Below, in pieces: positions 1 to 8,978 of a stretch of DNA of 64,000 bases. Below the pieces are notes generated by a model, which searched no databases, had not been told where the DNA came from, and was given only the letters and a program-made list of their open reading frames with translations. The stretch is from positions 46,298 through 110,297 of the forward strand of contig JAHCAO010000006.1 of assembly GCA_019634835.1 (NCBI GenBank), written 5' to 3'. This DNA is from Gammaproteobacteria bacterium. GTDB taxonomy: Bacteria > Pseudomonadota > Gammaproteobacteria > DSM-16500. Position numbers and translations under genes: made by a program. Positions within the stretch are counted from its first letter, which is position 1. Each line of letters begins with the position of its first letter.

Positions 1-1320
1 GCCAAGCTAGGCAATGCCATCAAATTTATTCCTGACCCAGTGATCGTAGGTTTCACAACAGGCATTGGGTTTATTATTTTTGTTGGAGAATGGAAAGATT
101 TTTTTGGATTATCACCTAATACATCCATCAGCGCACATTTTTATCAGAAACTGGCGTCAGCAATATACACTTTGCCACACTTGAACATCACGACCACCAG
201 TCTTGCGATTTTAAGCTTATTATTAGTCATATTTTCACCCAAGGTTTCTAAACGATTACCAGGCCCATTAGTAGCAATGGTTGTCGTCATTACATTACAA
301 ATGTTATTTCACTTTAACGTCGCCACGATTGGAAGTACTTTTGGCGGCATTCCACGTCAACTACCGCCATTTCATTTTCCAACTCTATCGATTCAAGAAA
401 TGATTGAATTAGCTGGCCCAGCTTTTACTATTGCCCTCTTGGGTGCCATTGAATCCTTGCTGTCAGCAACTGCAGCAGATGGTATGAGTGGCACGCATCA
501 TAACTCAAATCAAGAATTAATTGGCCAAGGTCTAGCAAATATTTTCGCTCCGCTATTTGGCGGTTTCGCTGCTACCGGAGCAATTGCAAGAACAGCAGCC
601 AATGTTCGTAACGGAGGCAACAGCCCCATTTCAGCCATTACTCATTCGGTGTTTCTCATTTTTGTTATTCTCATCTTAGCACCATTAGCAGTATATGTTC
701 CCTTATGCTCGCTAGCTGCCATTCTGTTTGTAGTGGCTTATAACATGAGTGACTTGCCTCATTTCATGCATATCATCAAATGTGCACCACGTTACGATGT
801 CATTGTATTGATTACAACCTTTCTCTTGACTGTCTTTACTGACTTAGTCATTGCTGTGAATATTGGTGTCATATTAGCAATGTTATTTTTTATCCGCCGC
901 ATGAGCCAATCAGTCGGTATAGAAAAACAAACTTCTGATAAATTACATTTAGAATTGTCTAATAGTGAAATATCAAGATCCTTCGTGGATGCGGCTGTTT
1001 ACACCATACAAGGCCCATTATTTTTTGGTGCAGCCGAAAAAATTGAACGTGCTTTGGCTGCCACCCATCATGATCCTAAAACTATTATTTTCCGTCTTAA
1101 AAATGTGCCTTTTATGGATATGACAGGCTTAGAAACATTTAATAAATTAATCCGTCAATATCATCAACGCGGAGTTAAAATTTACCTTTGTGAAGCAAAT
1201 GACAAGGTCTGTCGCAAACTAGCCAACGTTGGGATTTTACAAGTAATTGACGGTAACCGTGTTTATCACTCTCTCCAAGAAATGATGATGGCTACTCAGC
1301 TAGAGGTTGCTTCAACGTAG
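1..1320 (+). CDS. SulP-family anion (sulfate) permease with C-terminal STAS domain; 5' end lies outside the window
   Basis: The frame is open from base 1 (AKLGNAIKFIPDPVIVGF...). A multi-TM body is followed by a soluble STAS-like tail (IFRLKNVPFMDMTGLETFNKLIRQYHQRGVKIYLCEAN). The listed ORF 40..1320 starts only at the first in-frame Met. Confidence 0.85.
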   Translation, partial: AKLGNAIKFIPDPVIVGFTTGIGFIIFVGEWKDFFGLSPNTSISAHFYQKLASAIYTLPHLNITTTSLAILSLLLVIFSPKVSKRLPGPLVAMVVVITLQMLFHFNVATIGSTFGGIPRQLPPFHFPTLSIQEMIELAGPAFTIALLGAIESLLSATAADGMSGTHHNSNQELIGQGLANIFAPLFGGFAATGAIARTAANVRNGGNSPISAITHSVFLIFVILILAPLAVYVPLCSLAAILFVVAYNMSDLPHFMHIIKCAPRYDVIVLITTFLLTVFTDLVIAVNIGVILAMLFFIRRMSQSVGIEKQTSDKLHLELSNSEISRSFVDAAVYTIQGPLFFGAAEKIERALAATHHDPKTIIFRLKNVPFMDMTGLETFNKLIRQYHQRGVKIYLCEANDKVCRKLANVGILQVIDGNRVYHSLQEMMMATQLEVAST

Positions 1321-1345
1321 ATATCATCACAACGATAATAGCCTC

Positions 1346-2071
1346 TTACTGATTCCCTTCATCCACCCAAAATTTTGTCGCGCCAGCCACTGCAGCAGGA
1401 ACAATAAGAAAATTAAGAATGGGTATCATAGAACAAACTAACACGCTTGTCCCAAAACCCAGTGCAGTCCAATTACGTTGCGCCAACCAAGTGTGCACAT
1501 TCGACATAGAAATGCGATGATTATCCGTTGGATAATCAATATAAGTTAACGTCATTAACCAAGCATGGAACAAAAACAATAAAATGGCTGCGACGGCTTG
1601 AATCACTGGAACAAAAAATAAAATTAATATCAATAAAGCACGTGGAATATAATATCCAATAATAGAGAATTGCCGACCTAGAATACGTGGGACATCTTTA
1701 AGGTTATCCAGTAAACTACGCTCATCCGGAATTCTTCCGCTAAGATATAATTCAACTTTCTCAGCAAGAAAACTATTAAATGGAGCCGATATAATATTTG
1801 TCACCATGACAAAGGTATAGATAATAATGACAAAAAAACCAATAAAAAAAACTGCCCAAAGCAAAATGCTTAACCATTGCAACCATGCTGGTAAATAATG
1901 AGCAAACCACTGGTTAAATTCAATCATAAAATAACGTAATAAAAAAAATAATCCAATAAACAAGCAAATATTGATGCATAACGGGATGATGACAAAGCGT
2001 CGCATGCCAGGCCTAAAAATAAGCTTAAATCCAGCAAGAAAATAATGAAAACCTAAAACCATATTATTCAT
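1346..2071 (-). CDS. cysZ: CysZ-family sulfate transporter
   Basis: 241 aa. Aligns by eye along its length with E. coli CysZ (GFxYFxxGxKLIxxPGxRRFVIxPL, LQWLSxLLW, APFNxxLAEKVE, DVPRI, YxDYPxDNH). AGGAAG SD lies 6 nt upstream of the ATG. Confidence 0.8.
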   Translation of the reverse strand: MNNMVLGFHYFLAGFKLIFRPGMRRFVIIPLCINICLFIGLFFLLRYFMIEFNQWFAHYLPAWLQWLSILLWAVFFIGFFVIIIYTFVMVTNIISAPFNSFLAEKVELYLSGRIPDERSLLDNLKDVPRILGRQFSIIGYYIPRALLILILFFVPVIQAVAAILLFLFHAWLMTLTYIDYPTDNHRISMSNVHTWLAQRNWTALGFGTSVLVCSMIPILNFLIVPAAVAGATKFWVDEGNQ

Positions 2072-2088
2072 GAAATCATACTTCCTAT

Positions 2089-2218
2089 AGGAATTCCGCT
2101 GAAGGTAGTCGCCCCATTGTTTTTAGGCGACTTGGATTGCAGGATGCAATCCTAAACGCCATGGATGGCGTGTTGGGAGCTAAAAAACAATGGGGCGACT
2201 ACCTTCAGCAGAATTCCT
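2089..2218 (+). repeat. Family C palindromic element, copy C1
   Basis: 36-bp arms (AGGAATTCCGCTGAAGGTAGTCGCCCCATTGTTTTT / reverse complement, 1 mismatch). They enclose the core AGGCGACTT-GGATTGCAGGATGCAATCC-TAA-ACGCCATGGATGGCGT-GTTGGGAGCT. It lies between the MFS gene stop and the cysZ SD on the same strand, so it is intercistronic. Confidence 0.85.
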
Positions 2219-2251
2219 GTACGTCCTATCACTTTCCTATGTTTTATCATA

Positions 2252-3466
2252 TCAGCAAATGTGATATCGCCAAAACTTAGGCAGCAAGAAACAACAAAGT
2301 GCAACACCCATCACACATAATACTCCACCCGAAACAATAGACGCTGTAATTCCGAATGCTGCGGCCACCAAGCCTGCTTCAGTATCACCTAATCGTGGAC
2401 CGCTTAAATAACTAATCATTTCTATTCCTGCTAAACGACCACGAAACTCGTTAGGAATAGTTTCATTCCACATGGTCATGCGAAAAATTCCACTCATACC
2501 ATCAAAAGCACCTGCTAGTGACAAGAAAAATAATGCTACCCAGAAATTTGAGGCCAAGCCAAAAAAGACGATTGCAACACCCCACAAGATAGCTGAAACA
2601 GCAATGGCAAAGCCATAGCGTTTAATGTGTTTAGTCCAACCGCTAAAAAATGAAACCACTAAAGCACCTACTGCCGGCGCTGCATACAGCATGCCAAGCA
2701 CTTTAGCGCCGCCAAACCACATCGCAATAGCAGGAAACAAAGCAGTAGGCATGCCAAAAACCATAGCAATAAAATCAACCACATAAGTTCCCACTAATTC
2801 TTGGCGAGAAAATGCATAATGCAAACCTTGTTTTAAAGATGCCCATGTAGAATCATCACGTGTGCGCTTAGGTTTAGGGATATTTGTCATTAATAATAGA
2901 GCAACCAATGAAATGACAAAGCTGGCCACATCCACCAAATAGGTCACAACAATACCAAAACTAGCAATGAGTAAACCACCTATTGCCGGCCCGCCAATCA
3001 TCGCTACATTTGCTTTCAATGAAGCTAATGCACTCACTCCAGGATAATCTTCTTTAGCAACAATCTGCTGAACCATGCTTTCCAAGGCGGGTCTATGCAA
3101 CCCATTAAAAGCAGACATACATGAAGATACTAAAAACATAGCCCATATATGTGGAATAGGCAGACACGTATTCAAAGCTAATAATAAACTGCCAATGGCC
3201 AGTACCAATTCAGCAACCAATAATAACATACGCCGATGATAACGATCTGCAAATACACCTCCAATTAATGCAGTGAGTAACAAAGGCAATAATTGAACTA
3301 AGCTTAACAATCCTACCATGAGGGTAGAATGTGTTTCTGTATAAATTTGATACGGCAAAGCTACACCAGTAATCATCGTTCCCAAAAATGAAACAAACTG
3401 GCCTATATACAACAATGTGAAATTACGATTGCGGCGGAATAATGAAAAGTTAATTAAATAATTCAT
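2252..3466 (-). CDS. MFS transporter (EntS/MFS_3-like, about 12 TM)
   Basis: 404 aa, hydrophobic throughout. N-terminus FRNRNFxLLYIGQFVSxxG and loop motif GGVFADRYxRR are typical of MFS efflux proteins. Confidence 0.8.
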   Translation of the reverse strand: MNYLINFSLFRRNRNFTLLYIGQFVSFLGTMITGVALPYQIYTETHSTLMVGLLSLVQLLPLLLTALIGGVFADRYHRRMLLLVAELVLAIGSLLLALNTCLPIPHIWAMFLVSSCMSAFNGLHRPALESMVQQIVAKEDYPGVSALASLKANVAMIGGPAIGGLLIASFGIVVTYLVDVASFVISLVALLLMTNIPKPKRTRDDSTWASLKQGLHYAFSRQELVGTYVVDFIAMVFGMPTALFPAIAMWFGGAKVLGMLYAAPAVGALVVSFFSGWTKHIKRYGFAIAVSAILWGVAIVFFGLASNFWVALFFLSLAGAFDGMSGIFRMTMWNETIPNEFRGRLAGIEMISYLSGPRLGDTEAGLVAAAFGITASIVSGGVLCVMGVALCCFLLPKFWRYHIC

Positions 3467-3606
3467 AGGGCAAGGTAAAAAGCCTAACTAAGGCTGAGGC
3501 ACTATAAGGGGTTTAATAGACAAAGTAAAGTGATAGGTCCAGTGTTGAGAAAACATTGAGGTTGTATAATGAAGTGATCAGGCTATCTAACTAAGGAAAG
3601 TACACT

Positions 3607-4527
3607 ATGACTAGCGTGAATCTCCTGCAATACGAACCATGGCCAGCTTTACCTTATGACGAATTCCAATCTACACAATACCTACTGCACAGAGTGGTGC
3701 AAGCTATAGGTAAGCTCAAACTCGCAACACCATTCGAGCCCCATTGGGCAAATGTAACACTTTTTCTTACTAGTCAAGGCTTAACAACAGGGTTGATACC
3801 CTATCAAAAAGGAATTTTTAATGTTGATGCTAATTTTATTGATCATCACATCATTTTTACCTCTAGCTGGGGAGATAGTAAAAAAATCAAATTACATTCG
3901 ATGTCTGTTGCACAATTCATTAGTAAATTTCTTAACACGCTAAACGATATGGGCATAATCATGCCTATTAACCTCATGCCGCAAGAAATACCTAATCCCA
4001 TTGAATTTGATAAGGACCTTGATAGACGAGAATATCGTTCTGATCTTGTTAAGGCCTGGCAGCGCATTATGCTGAGTTCTTATCAAGTCATGCAGCGTTA
4101 TCATTCACGTTTTTATGGAATCACTCCTCCTATAGGGTTAATGTGGGGCACCTTAGATTTACGAGACGCACGTTACAAAGGTAAGCACATTCCAACAGAT
4201 GGGCCAAATTCAGGATACATTCGTCGTAATGCAATGGATGATGCACAAGTTGAAGTAGGCTGGTGGAGCGGCTCAGAACAGTATCCCCGCCCAGCTTATT
4301 TTTCTTTTATTTATCCTGAGCCTAATGGAATTGAACAAGCAACCATTCAACCTAGTAAAGCACATTGGGACAATTCACTCCGAGAATTTATTCTTGATTA
4401 TGATGATGTGCGCACTGCCAAGCATCCTGACCAAGATTTACTAAACTTTTTCGAGTCCACTTATGCAGTTGAAGCAGAAAAAGCAGGCTGGGAACCAGGG
4501 TTAGTGGTATCTGGAAATCCGGTGTAA
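3607..4527 (+). CDS. Conserved hypothetical protein, DUF5996-like
   Basis: 306 aa soluble ORF. The N-terminal pattern [40 protein letters not shown] resembles the DUF5996 signature as I recall it. Family assignment is from memory only. Confidence 0.6.
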   Translation: MTSVNLLQYEPWPALPYDEFQSTQYLLHRVVQAIGKLKLATPFEPHWANVTLFLTSQGLTTGLIPYQKGIFNVDANFIDHHIIFTSSWGDSKKIKLHSMSVAQFISKFLNTLNDMGIIMPINLMPQEIPNPIEFDKDLDRREYRSDLVKAWQRIMLSSYQVMQRYHSRFYGITPPIGLMWGTLDLRDARYKGKHIPTDGPNSGYIRRNAMDDAQVEVGWWSGSEQYPRPAYFSFIYPEPNGIEQATIQPSKAHWDNSLREFILDYDDVRTAKHPDQDLLNFFESTYAVEAEKAGWEPGLVVSGNPV

Positions 4528-4591
4528 CAAAGACTTACCTCTGGTTTTATGGAATAATAGACCAATCAGGGTATTCAAATGCAAGGAGAGC

Positions 4592-5377
4592 ATGATGTTA
4601 CTAAAAGATAAAGTTGCCATTGTGACTGGCGCAGCCAGTGGTATTGGAAAAGAAATTGCGCATACCTATGCACGTGAAGGTGCCAGCGTTGTCATCGCTG
4701 ATCTTGATCTAACACAAGCCAATGCAGTCGCAGAGGAAATTAAAGCCAACCAAGGACAAGCTTTGGGTGTAAAGATGGATGTTAGCCGCGAAGAAGAAGT
4801 GGAACACGGAGTAGAACAAGCGGTCAATGCATTTGGCAGCATCGATATTTTGGTAAGCAATGCAGGTATCCAACATATTGATCCCATCGAAAAATTATCT
4901 TTTGCTGATTGGAAAAAGCTGCTGGCCATTCAACTTGATGGTGCCTTTCTTACAACACGTAGCTGTATTCGCCACATGTATGAATCAAAACGCGGCGGCA
5001 GCATTATTTATATGGGCTCTGTCCATTCTAAAGAAGCATCCATGCTCAAGGCGCCTTATGTGACAGCAAAACATGGACTCATTGGATTATGTAAAGTGGT
5101 CGCAAAAGAAGGTGCAAAACATAATGTAAGAGCCAATGTTATCTGCCCTGGGTTTGTTCGAACACCGCTAGTCGAAAAACAAATTCCCGAACAAGCCAAA
5201 AATTTAGGGATCAGTGAAGAAGCTGTGATTAAAACAATCATGTTGAAAGATACTGTAGATGGTGAATTTACGACAACAGAAGATGTTGCTGCTGTAGCCC
5301 TTTTCTTTGCCTCATTTCAGTCAAATGCACTAACTGGACAATCTTTAGTGGTCAGTCATGGATGGTTTATGCAATAA
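4592..5377 (+). CDS. bdhA: 3-hydroxybutyrate dehydrogenase (SDR)
   Basis: TGAASGIGK cofactor motif, NAGIQH, YVTAKHG catalytic Y-x3-K, and [14 protein letters not shown]. This matches characterised bacterial BDH closely. Confidence 0.85.
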   Translation: MMLLKDKVAIVTGAASGIGKEIAHTYAREGASVVIADLDLTQANAVAEEIKANQGQALGVKMDVSREEEVEHGVEQAVNAFGSIDILVSNAGIQHIDPIEKLSFADWKKLLAIQLDGAFLTTRSCIRHMYESKRGGSIIYMGSVHSKEASMLKAPYVTAKHGLIGLCKVVAKEGAKHNVRANVICPGFVRTPLVEKQIPEQAKNLGISEEAVIKTIMLKDTVDGEFTTTEDVAAVALFFASFQSNALTGQSLVVSHGWFMQ

Positions 5378-5387
5378 GCAAATCAGG

Positions 5388-6494
5388 ATGACAATGTCGA
5401 ATAAACCGCATGGTTATGACAAGGTAGTGTACCTTTTGCAAGGAGGTGGAGCATTGGGCACTTATCAGGTCGGTGCGTGTGAAGCATTGTTAGAATATGG
5501 TTGCACACCAGATTGGTTAGTTGGCACCTCTATTGGTGCCATTAACGCAGCTATTATTGCAGGGAATACACCAGAAAACCGTATCAAAAAATTGGAAGAA
5601 TTTTGGAGTATGATTGCCTCTCCCTGGCCCGCCGTCGAGCTTGTTGAAAAAAACTACATGGCAGAACAGTTACAAAAAAGTTGGAATGTATTATGGACTC
5701 TTTGGGTTGGGCAAACTGGATTTTTTAAACCTAGATTATTTAATCCCTGGATTGGCTTGTCTAGCTTCCCTGATCAACTGAGTTTTTATGATACGAGTGA
5801 ATTACGGTATACCTTAGAAAAACTGGTTGATTTCGATCTGATTAATAAAAAAGAAGTGCGCTTAACATTAGCGGCTGTTTGCGTTGAAGATGGTGAATTG
5901 GTTTATTTTGATAACATGACGCAAGAAATCGGTCCAGAGCATGTGATGGCAAGTGGTGCATTACCGCCAGGTTTTCCTGCTATCCGGATTGCAGGCAAAA
6001 ATTATTGGGACGGTGGGTTGAGTTCAAACACACCCCTTACTGCTATTATTAAGGAAAATATGCAGGAAAAATTGCTTTGCATTCTCATGCATCTTTTTTC
6101 TTATCACGAGCGAACACCAGCAAATTTATTGGAAATATTAAAATTAAGAAAAGATATTGAGTTTTCCAGCCGCTATCATCAAATCCTAACTTACATATGC
6201 AAAGTACAACACTTGCATAACCTCTTACACCATCTTGTTGATGAAGTGCCTGACATTCGCAAGATTGAAGGCGTGGATGAAATTATAAAATTCTCTCACC
6301 CTATCATTATGAATATCGTTCGATTTCATTACCGTGATTATCCTGGCAATTTATGGACGAAAGATTTTGACTTTTCACGTCAAACACTCATGGAGCATTA
6401 TCAATCCGGTTATCAAGATGTAAAGCAAGCCTTAAAAAATCCTGAATGGCTTTACCAGATACCTGAGCATGGAATTGAGTTGCATGAATTTTAA
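5388..6494 (+). CDS. patD: Patatin-like phospholipase
   Basis: GGGALGTYQVG oxyanion motif, GTSIGA serine lipase motif and DGG aspartate motif. Sits directly after bdhA, as in the Legionella bdhA-patD operon. The start is set at the ATG after the bdhA stop (ATG 5394 is also possible). Confidence 0.8.
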   Translation: MTMSNKPHGYDKVVYLLQGGGALGTYQVGACEALLEYGCTPDWLVGTSIGAINAAIIAGNTPENRIKKLEEFWSMIASPWPAVELVEKNYMAEQLQKSWNVLWTLWVGQTGFFKPRLFNPWIGLSSFPDQLSFYDTSELRYTLEKLVDFDLINKKEVRLTLAAVCVEDGELVYFDNMTQEIGPEHVMASGALPPGFPAIRIAGKNYWDGGLSSNTPLTAIIKENMQEKLLCILMHLFSYHERTPANLLEILKLRKDIEFSSRYHQILTYICKVQHLHNLLHHLVDEVPDIRKIEGVDEIIKFSHPIIMNIVRFHYRDYPGNLWTKDFDFSRQTLMEHYQSGYQDVKQALKNPEWLYQIPEHGIELHEF

Positions 6495-6500
6495 TGATGA

Positions 6501-6669
6501 GTGCATGACGAGTTTTTTGCAATGAAAGGAGAAGGGTATTTTGTATGAACCATTCACTCGCAGGCAGGAATCTGCGAGAGCAAAACCCAATCAAGGATGA
6601 ATGTGTTTTGCGGTGAATGGTGAAGAAAAAATACCCTTCTCCTTTCATTGCAAAAAACTCGTCATGCAC
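6501..6669 (+). repeat. Family A palindromic element, copy A1
   Basis: Perfect 42-bp inverted arms (6501-6542 / 6628-6669) around an 85-nt core. The core reads GTATGAACCATTCACTCGCAGGCAGGAATCTGCGAGAGCAAAACCCAATCAAGGATGAATGTGTTTTGCGGTGAATGG... It starts 6 nt after the patD stop and ends 21 nt before the adc start. Confidence 0.9.
6545..6616 (+). other. Candidate 23-codon micro-ORF inside the A1 core (MNHSLAGRNLREQNPIKDECVLR)
   Basis: ATG lies 8-9 nt after the purine-rich arm tract GGAGAAGGG and the ORF ends in TGA. The same ORF is intact in A2, A3 and A4. Coding status is unproven. Confidence 0.2.
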
Positions 6670-6690
6670 CTTTAATAACTGGAGATAACA

Positions 6691-7431
6691 ATGGATATTT
6701 CTGCAGTGAAACAACAAGCGTTTGCCATGCCCTTAACGAGCCCTTCCTACCCTAGAGGACCCTATCGTTTTATTAATCGTGAATTTTTTGTCATTACTTA
6801 TGAAACAGACTTAGATAAATTAAGAGAAGTAGTGCCTGCACCGCTTGAAGTCACTGAGCCTTTGGTTAAATTCGAATTTATCCGCATGCCGGATTCAACA
6901 GGATTTGGTGATTATGCGGAGTCAGGACAAGTCATTCCCGTGAGTTATCAGGGAAAAAAAGGTGGTTATGTTCATGCAATGTACTTAGATGATGAATCAC
7001 CTATTGCAGGCGGCAGGGAAATATGGGGATTTCCCAAAAAATTGGCCAAACCCAGTTTGTGTGTCACGAAAGAAACGTTAGTGGGACAATTGAATTATGA
7101 GACTCATCCTATCGCTATCGCCACAATGGGATACAAATACCATACATTGGCCACCGACACTGTGCATCAATCGCTGCTCACCCCTAATTACCTACTAAAA
7201 ATTATTCCGCATGTTGATGGTTCAGTACGAGTGTGTGAATTAGTCGAATATTATTTAGAAGATGTCACAGTCAAAGGCGCATGGAGCGGGCCTGCTGCGA
7301 TTCAATTAATGCAGCATGCATTGGCACCAGTAGCAGAATTACCCGTCAAAAAAGTTATTTCAGGCATACACATTCTCACTGATCTCACTTTACCCTACGG
7401 AAAAGTGATTTTTGATTATTTGAAAGAATAA
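6691..7431 (+). CDS. adc: Acetoacetate decarboxylase
   Basis: 246 aa, collinear with clostridial Adc: [39 protein letters not shown], catalytic-Lys region, [19 protein letters not shown]. Confidence 0.9.
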   Translation: MDISAVKQQAFAMPLTSPSYPRGPYRFINREFFVITYETDLDKLREVVPAPLEVTEPLVKFEFIRMPDSTGFGDYAESGQVIPVSYQGKKGGYVHAMYLDDESPIAGGREIWGFPKKLAKPSLCVTKETLVGQLNYETHPIAIATMGYKYHTLATDTVHQSLLTPNYLLKIIPHVDGSVRVCELVEYYLEDVTVKGAWSGPAAIQLMQHALAPVAELPVKKVISGIHILTDLTLPYGKVIFDYLKE

Positions 7432-7439
7432 TACTGTAC

Positions 7440-8765
7440 ATGAAACACCACTGGTTTATTGTCATCTTATTGTCCTTTGTTGTAGGGATATTAGGCGCAT
7501 TGGCCGCTTTGATTTTTCAAGGCATGATTTCGTTGGCACATAATCTATTTTTTTCAGGACAATTAAGTTTTACTTATCATCAAACGGTCCACACCACACC
7601 TAGTATCTGGGGAATCGGTATTATTATCATTCCTGTTATCGGTTCTTTTATCGTGATATGGGCCACTAAAAACTATGCGCCTTCCGAAAAAGGATTAAGT
7701 GTACCGGAATTAATTTATGCTATTCGTTTTAAATCAGGCATTATCAACCCTGCGACTGCTGTTGTTAAAGTGCTAGCTTCTGCTATCACGATAGGAACAG
7801 GCGGATCAGTCGGCCGGGAAGGCCCCATTATTGCGATGGGGTCAGCATTAAGTTATCTCATGAGCCAGATGATTAGCTTATCACCGCATCATCGTGTTAC
7901 TTTATTGGCTGCCAGTTCTGCTGCAATTATCTCTACTACTTTTAATGCACCTTTAGCAGGCATTGCATTTGCTATCGAAGTGTTGCTGATTCAAATTAGC
8001 TTTCTTAATATTGTAGCCATTGTAGTTGCTTCCATGGTTGCTATTTACAGTAAATATTTATTCATTCATGTCACCCCCATTTTTCAGTTAGCTGCTATTC
8101 CACCTCATGATAATTATTATTTTATGCTGGATATCATTTTATCTTCTGTAATCTTAGGGATTCTTGCAGGCAGCTTATCTAGCTTATTTATTCGCGGACT
8201 CTATTGGTGTGAAGATGTATTCAAATCACTTTTTGAAAATTTATATTTGCGGCATGCGCTTGGAATGGGCGCAGTCGGTATCATGATGTATCAATTTATG
8301 ATTTATGGTGGCCATTATCATATTGAAGGGATTGGCTTTGCGACTATTCAAGATATATTAAATATGCTATTACAACATCCTCAATTCCTTATTTTGTTAT
8401 TCTTTGGTAAATTGCTAGCTACTTTTTTTACATTGGGATCAGGCGGTGTAGGTGGTATTCTCTCGCCCTCATTATTTTTGGGTGCAATCCTCGGCGCATT
8501 AGTTAACTTGATGATGAGTTGGTATTTTCCTTCTTTTTCAGCCTATTTTATTCCATTTGTGATGGCAGGGATGGCCAGCATGCTGGCCGGCAATACCAGT
8601 GCTATAGTGACATCTATTCTGTTAGTCATGGAGTTAACTCACGATAATAGTGCTATTCTTATTATCTCACTCACTGCTATTATTGCATGGCGAGTACGTC
8701 TGCTATTCTGCCGTGATAGCGCTTACACACTCAAATTGACGAGAAGAGGCATCTTGTTAAAATAA
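7440..8765 (+). CDS. ClC-family voltage-gated chloride channel / H+-Cl- antiporter
   Basis: 441 aa polytopic protein with ClC selectivity motifs GSGIP-like (GLSVPE), GGSVGREGP and GxFxP-like segments. Confidence 0.85.
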   Translation: MKHHWFIVILLSFVVGILGALAALIFQGMISLAHNLFFSGQLSFTYHQTVHTTPSIWGIGIIIIPVIGSFIVIWATKNYAPSEKGLSVPELIYAIRFKSGIINPATAVVKVLASAITIGTGGSVGREGPIIAMGSALSYLMSQMISLSPHHRVTLLAASSAAIISTTFNAPLAGIAFAIEVLLIQISFLNIVAIVVASMVAIYSKYLFIHVTPIFQLAAIPPHDNYYFMLDIILSSVILGILAGSLSSLFIRGLYWCEDVFKSLFENLYLRHALGMGAVGIMMYQFMIYGGHYHIEGIGFATIQDILNMLLQHPQFLILLFFGKLLATFFTLGSGGVGGILSPSLFLGAILGALVNLMMSWYFPSFSAYFIPFVMAGMASMLAGNTSAIVTSILLVMELTHDNSAILIISLTAIIAWRVRLLFCRDSAYTLKLTRRGILLK

Positions 8766-8775
8766 CCAGCGACAG

Positions 8776-8940
8776 GTGCATGATACGTTTTTTGCAGCAA
8801 GCAGAGGAAAGAATTTTGTATGAACCATTCACTTGCAGACAAGAGTCTGCGAGAACAAAACCCAATCAAGCATGAGTGTGTTTTGCGGTGAATGGTGAAG
8901 GAAAAATACTTTCTTCTTGCTGCAAAAACGCGTCATATAC
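8776..8940 (+). repeat. Family A palindromic element, copy A2 (arms imperfect)
   Basis: Same core as A1. The arms GTGCATGATACGTTTTTTGCAGCAAGCAGAGGAAAGAATTTT / AAAAATACTTTCTTCTTGCTGCAAAAACGCGTCATATAC carry several mismatches and indels. Confidence 0.8.
8820..8891 (+). other. Candidate micro-ORF inside the A2 core (MNHSLADKSLREQNPIKHECVLR)
   Basis: Intact ATG...TGA, 24 codons including the stop. GAGGAAAG tract upstream. Confidence 0.2.
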
Positions 8941-8978
8941 TCGCAGCAGTTAATATTTTTCATACAAGGAATTTAATT

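Noticed and set aside
2091-2096. GAATTC (family C arms) and GGATCC (family B) restriction sites, as possible cloning or vector artefacts.
   Set aside because: The sites are integral, conserved parts of multi-copy native repeats dispersed over the whole window and flanked by ordinary chromosomal genes. No vector-like sequence is present.
6388-6717. 109-aa minus-strand ORF spanning the patD end, repeat A1 and the adc start. A similar 114-aa ORF lies at 28465..28809 with a shared peptide HRKTHSSLIGFCSRR..ASEWFIQN.
   Set aside because: The shared peptide is simply the family A core read on the opposite strand. The same frame is not open through A2 or A4. Both ORFs overlap well-supported genes and have no SD. 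They are repeat-generated artefacts.
8892-8978. N-terminal extension (MVKEKYFLLAAKTRH...) of the 8892..9308 ORF.
   Set aside because: It is encoded by the right arm of repeat A2. ATG 8979, with an SD, is the more plausible start if the ORF is real at all.
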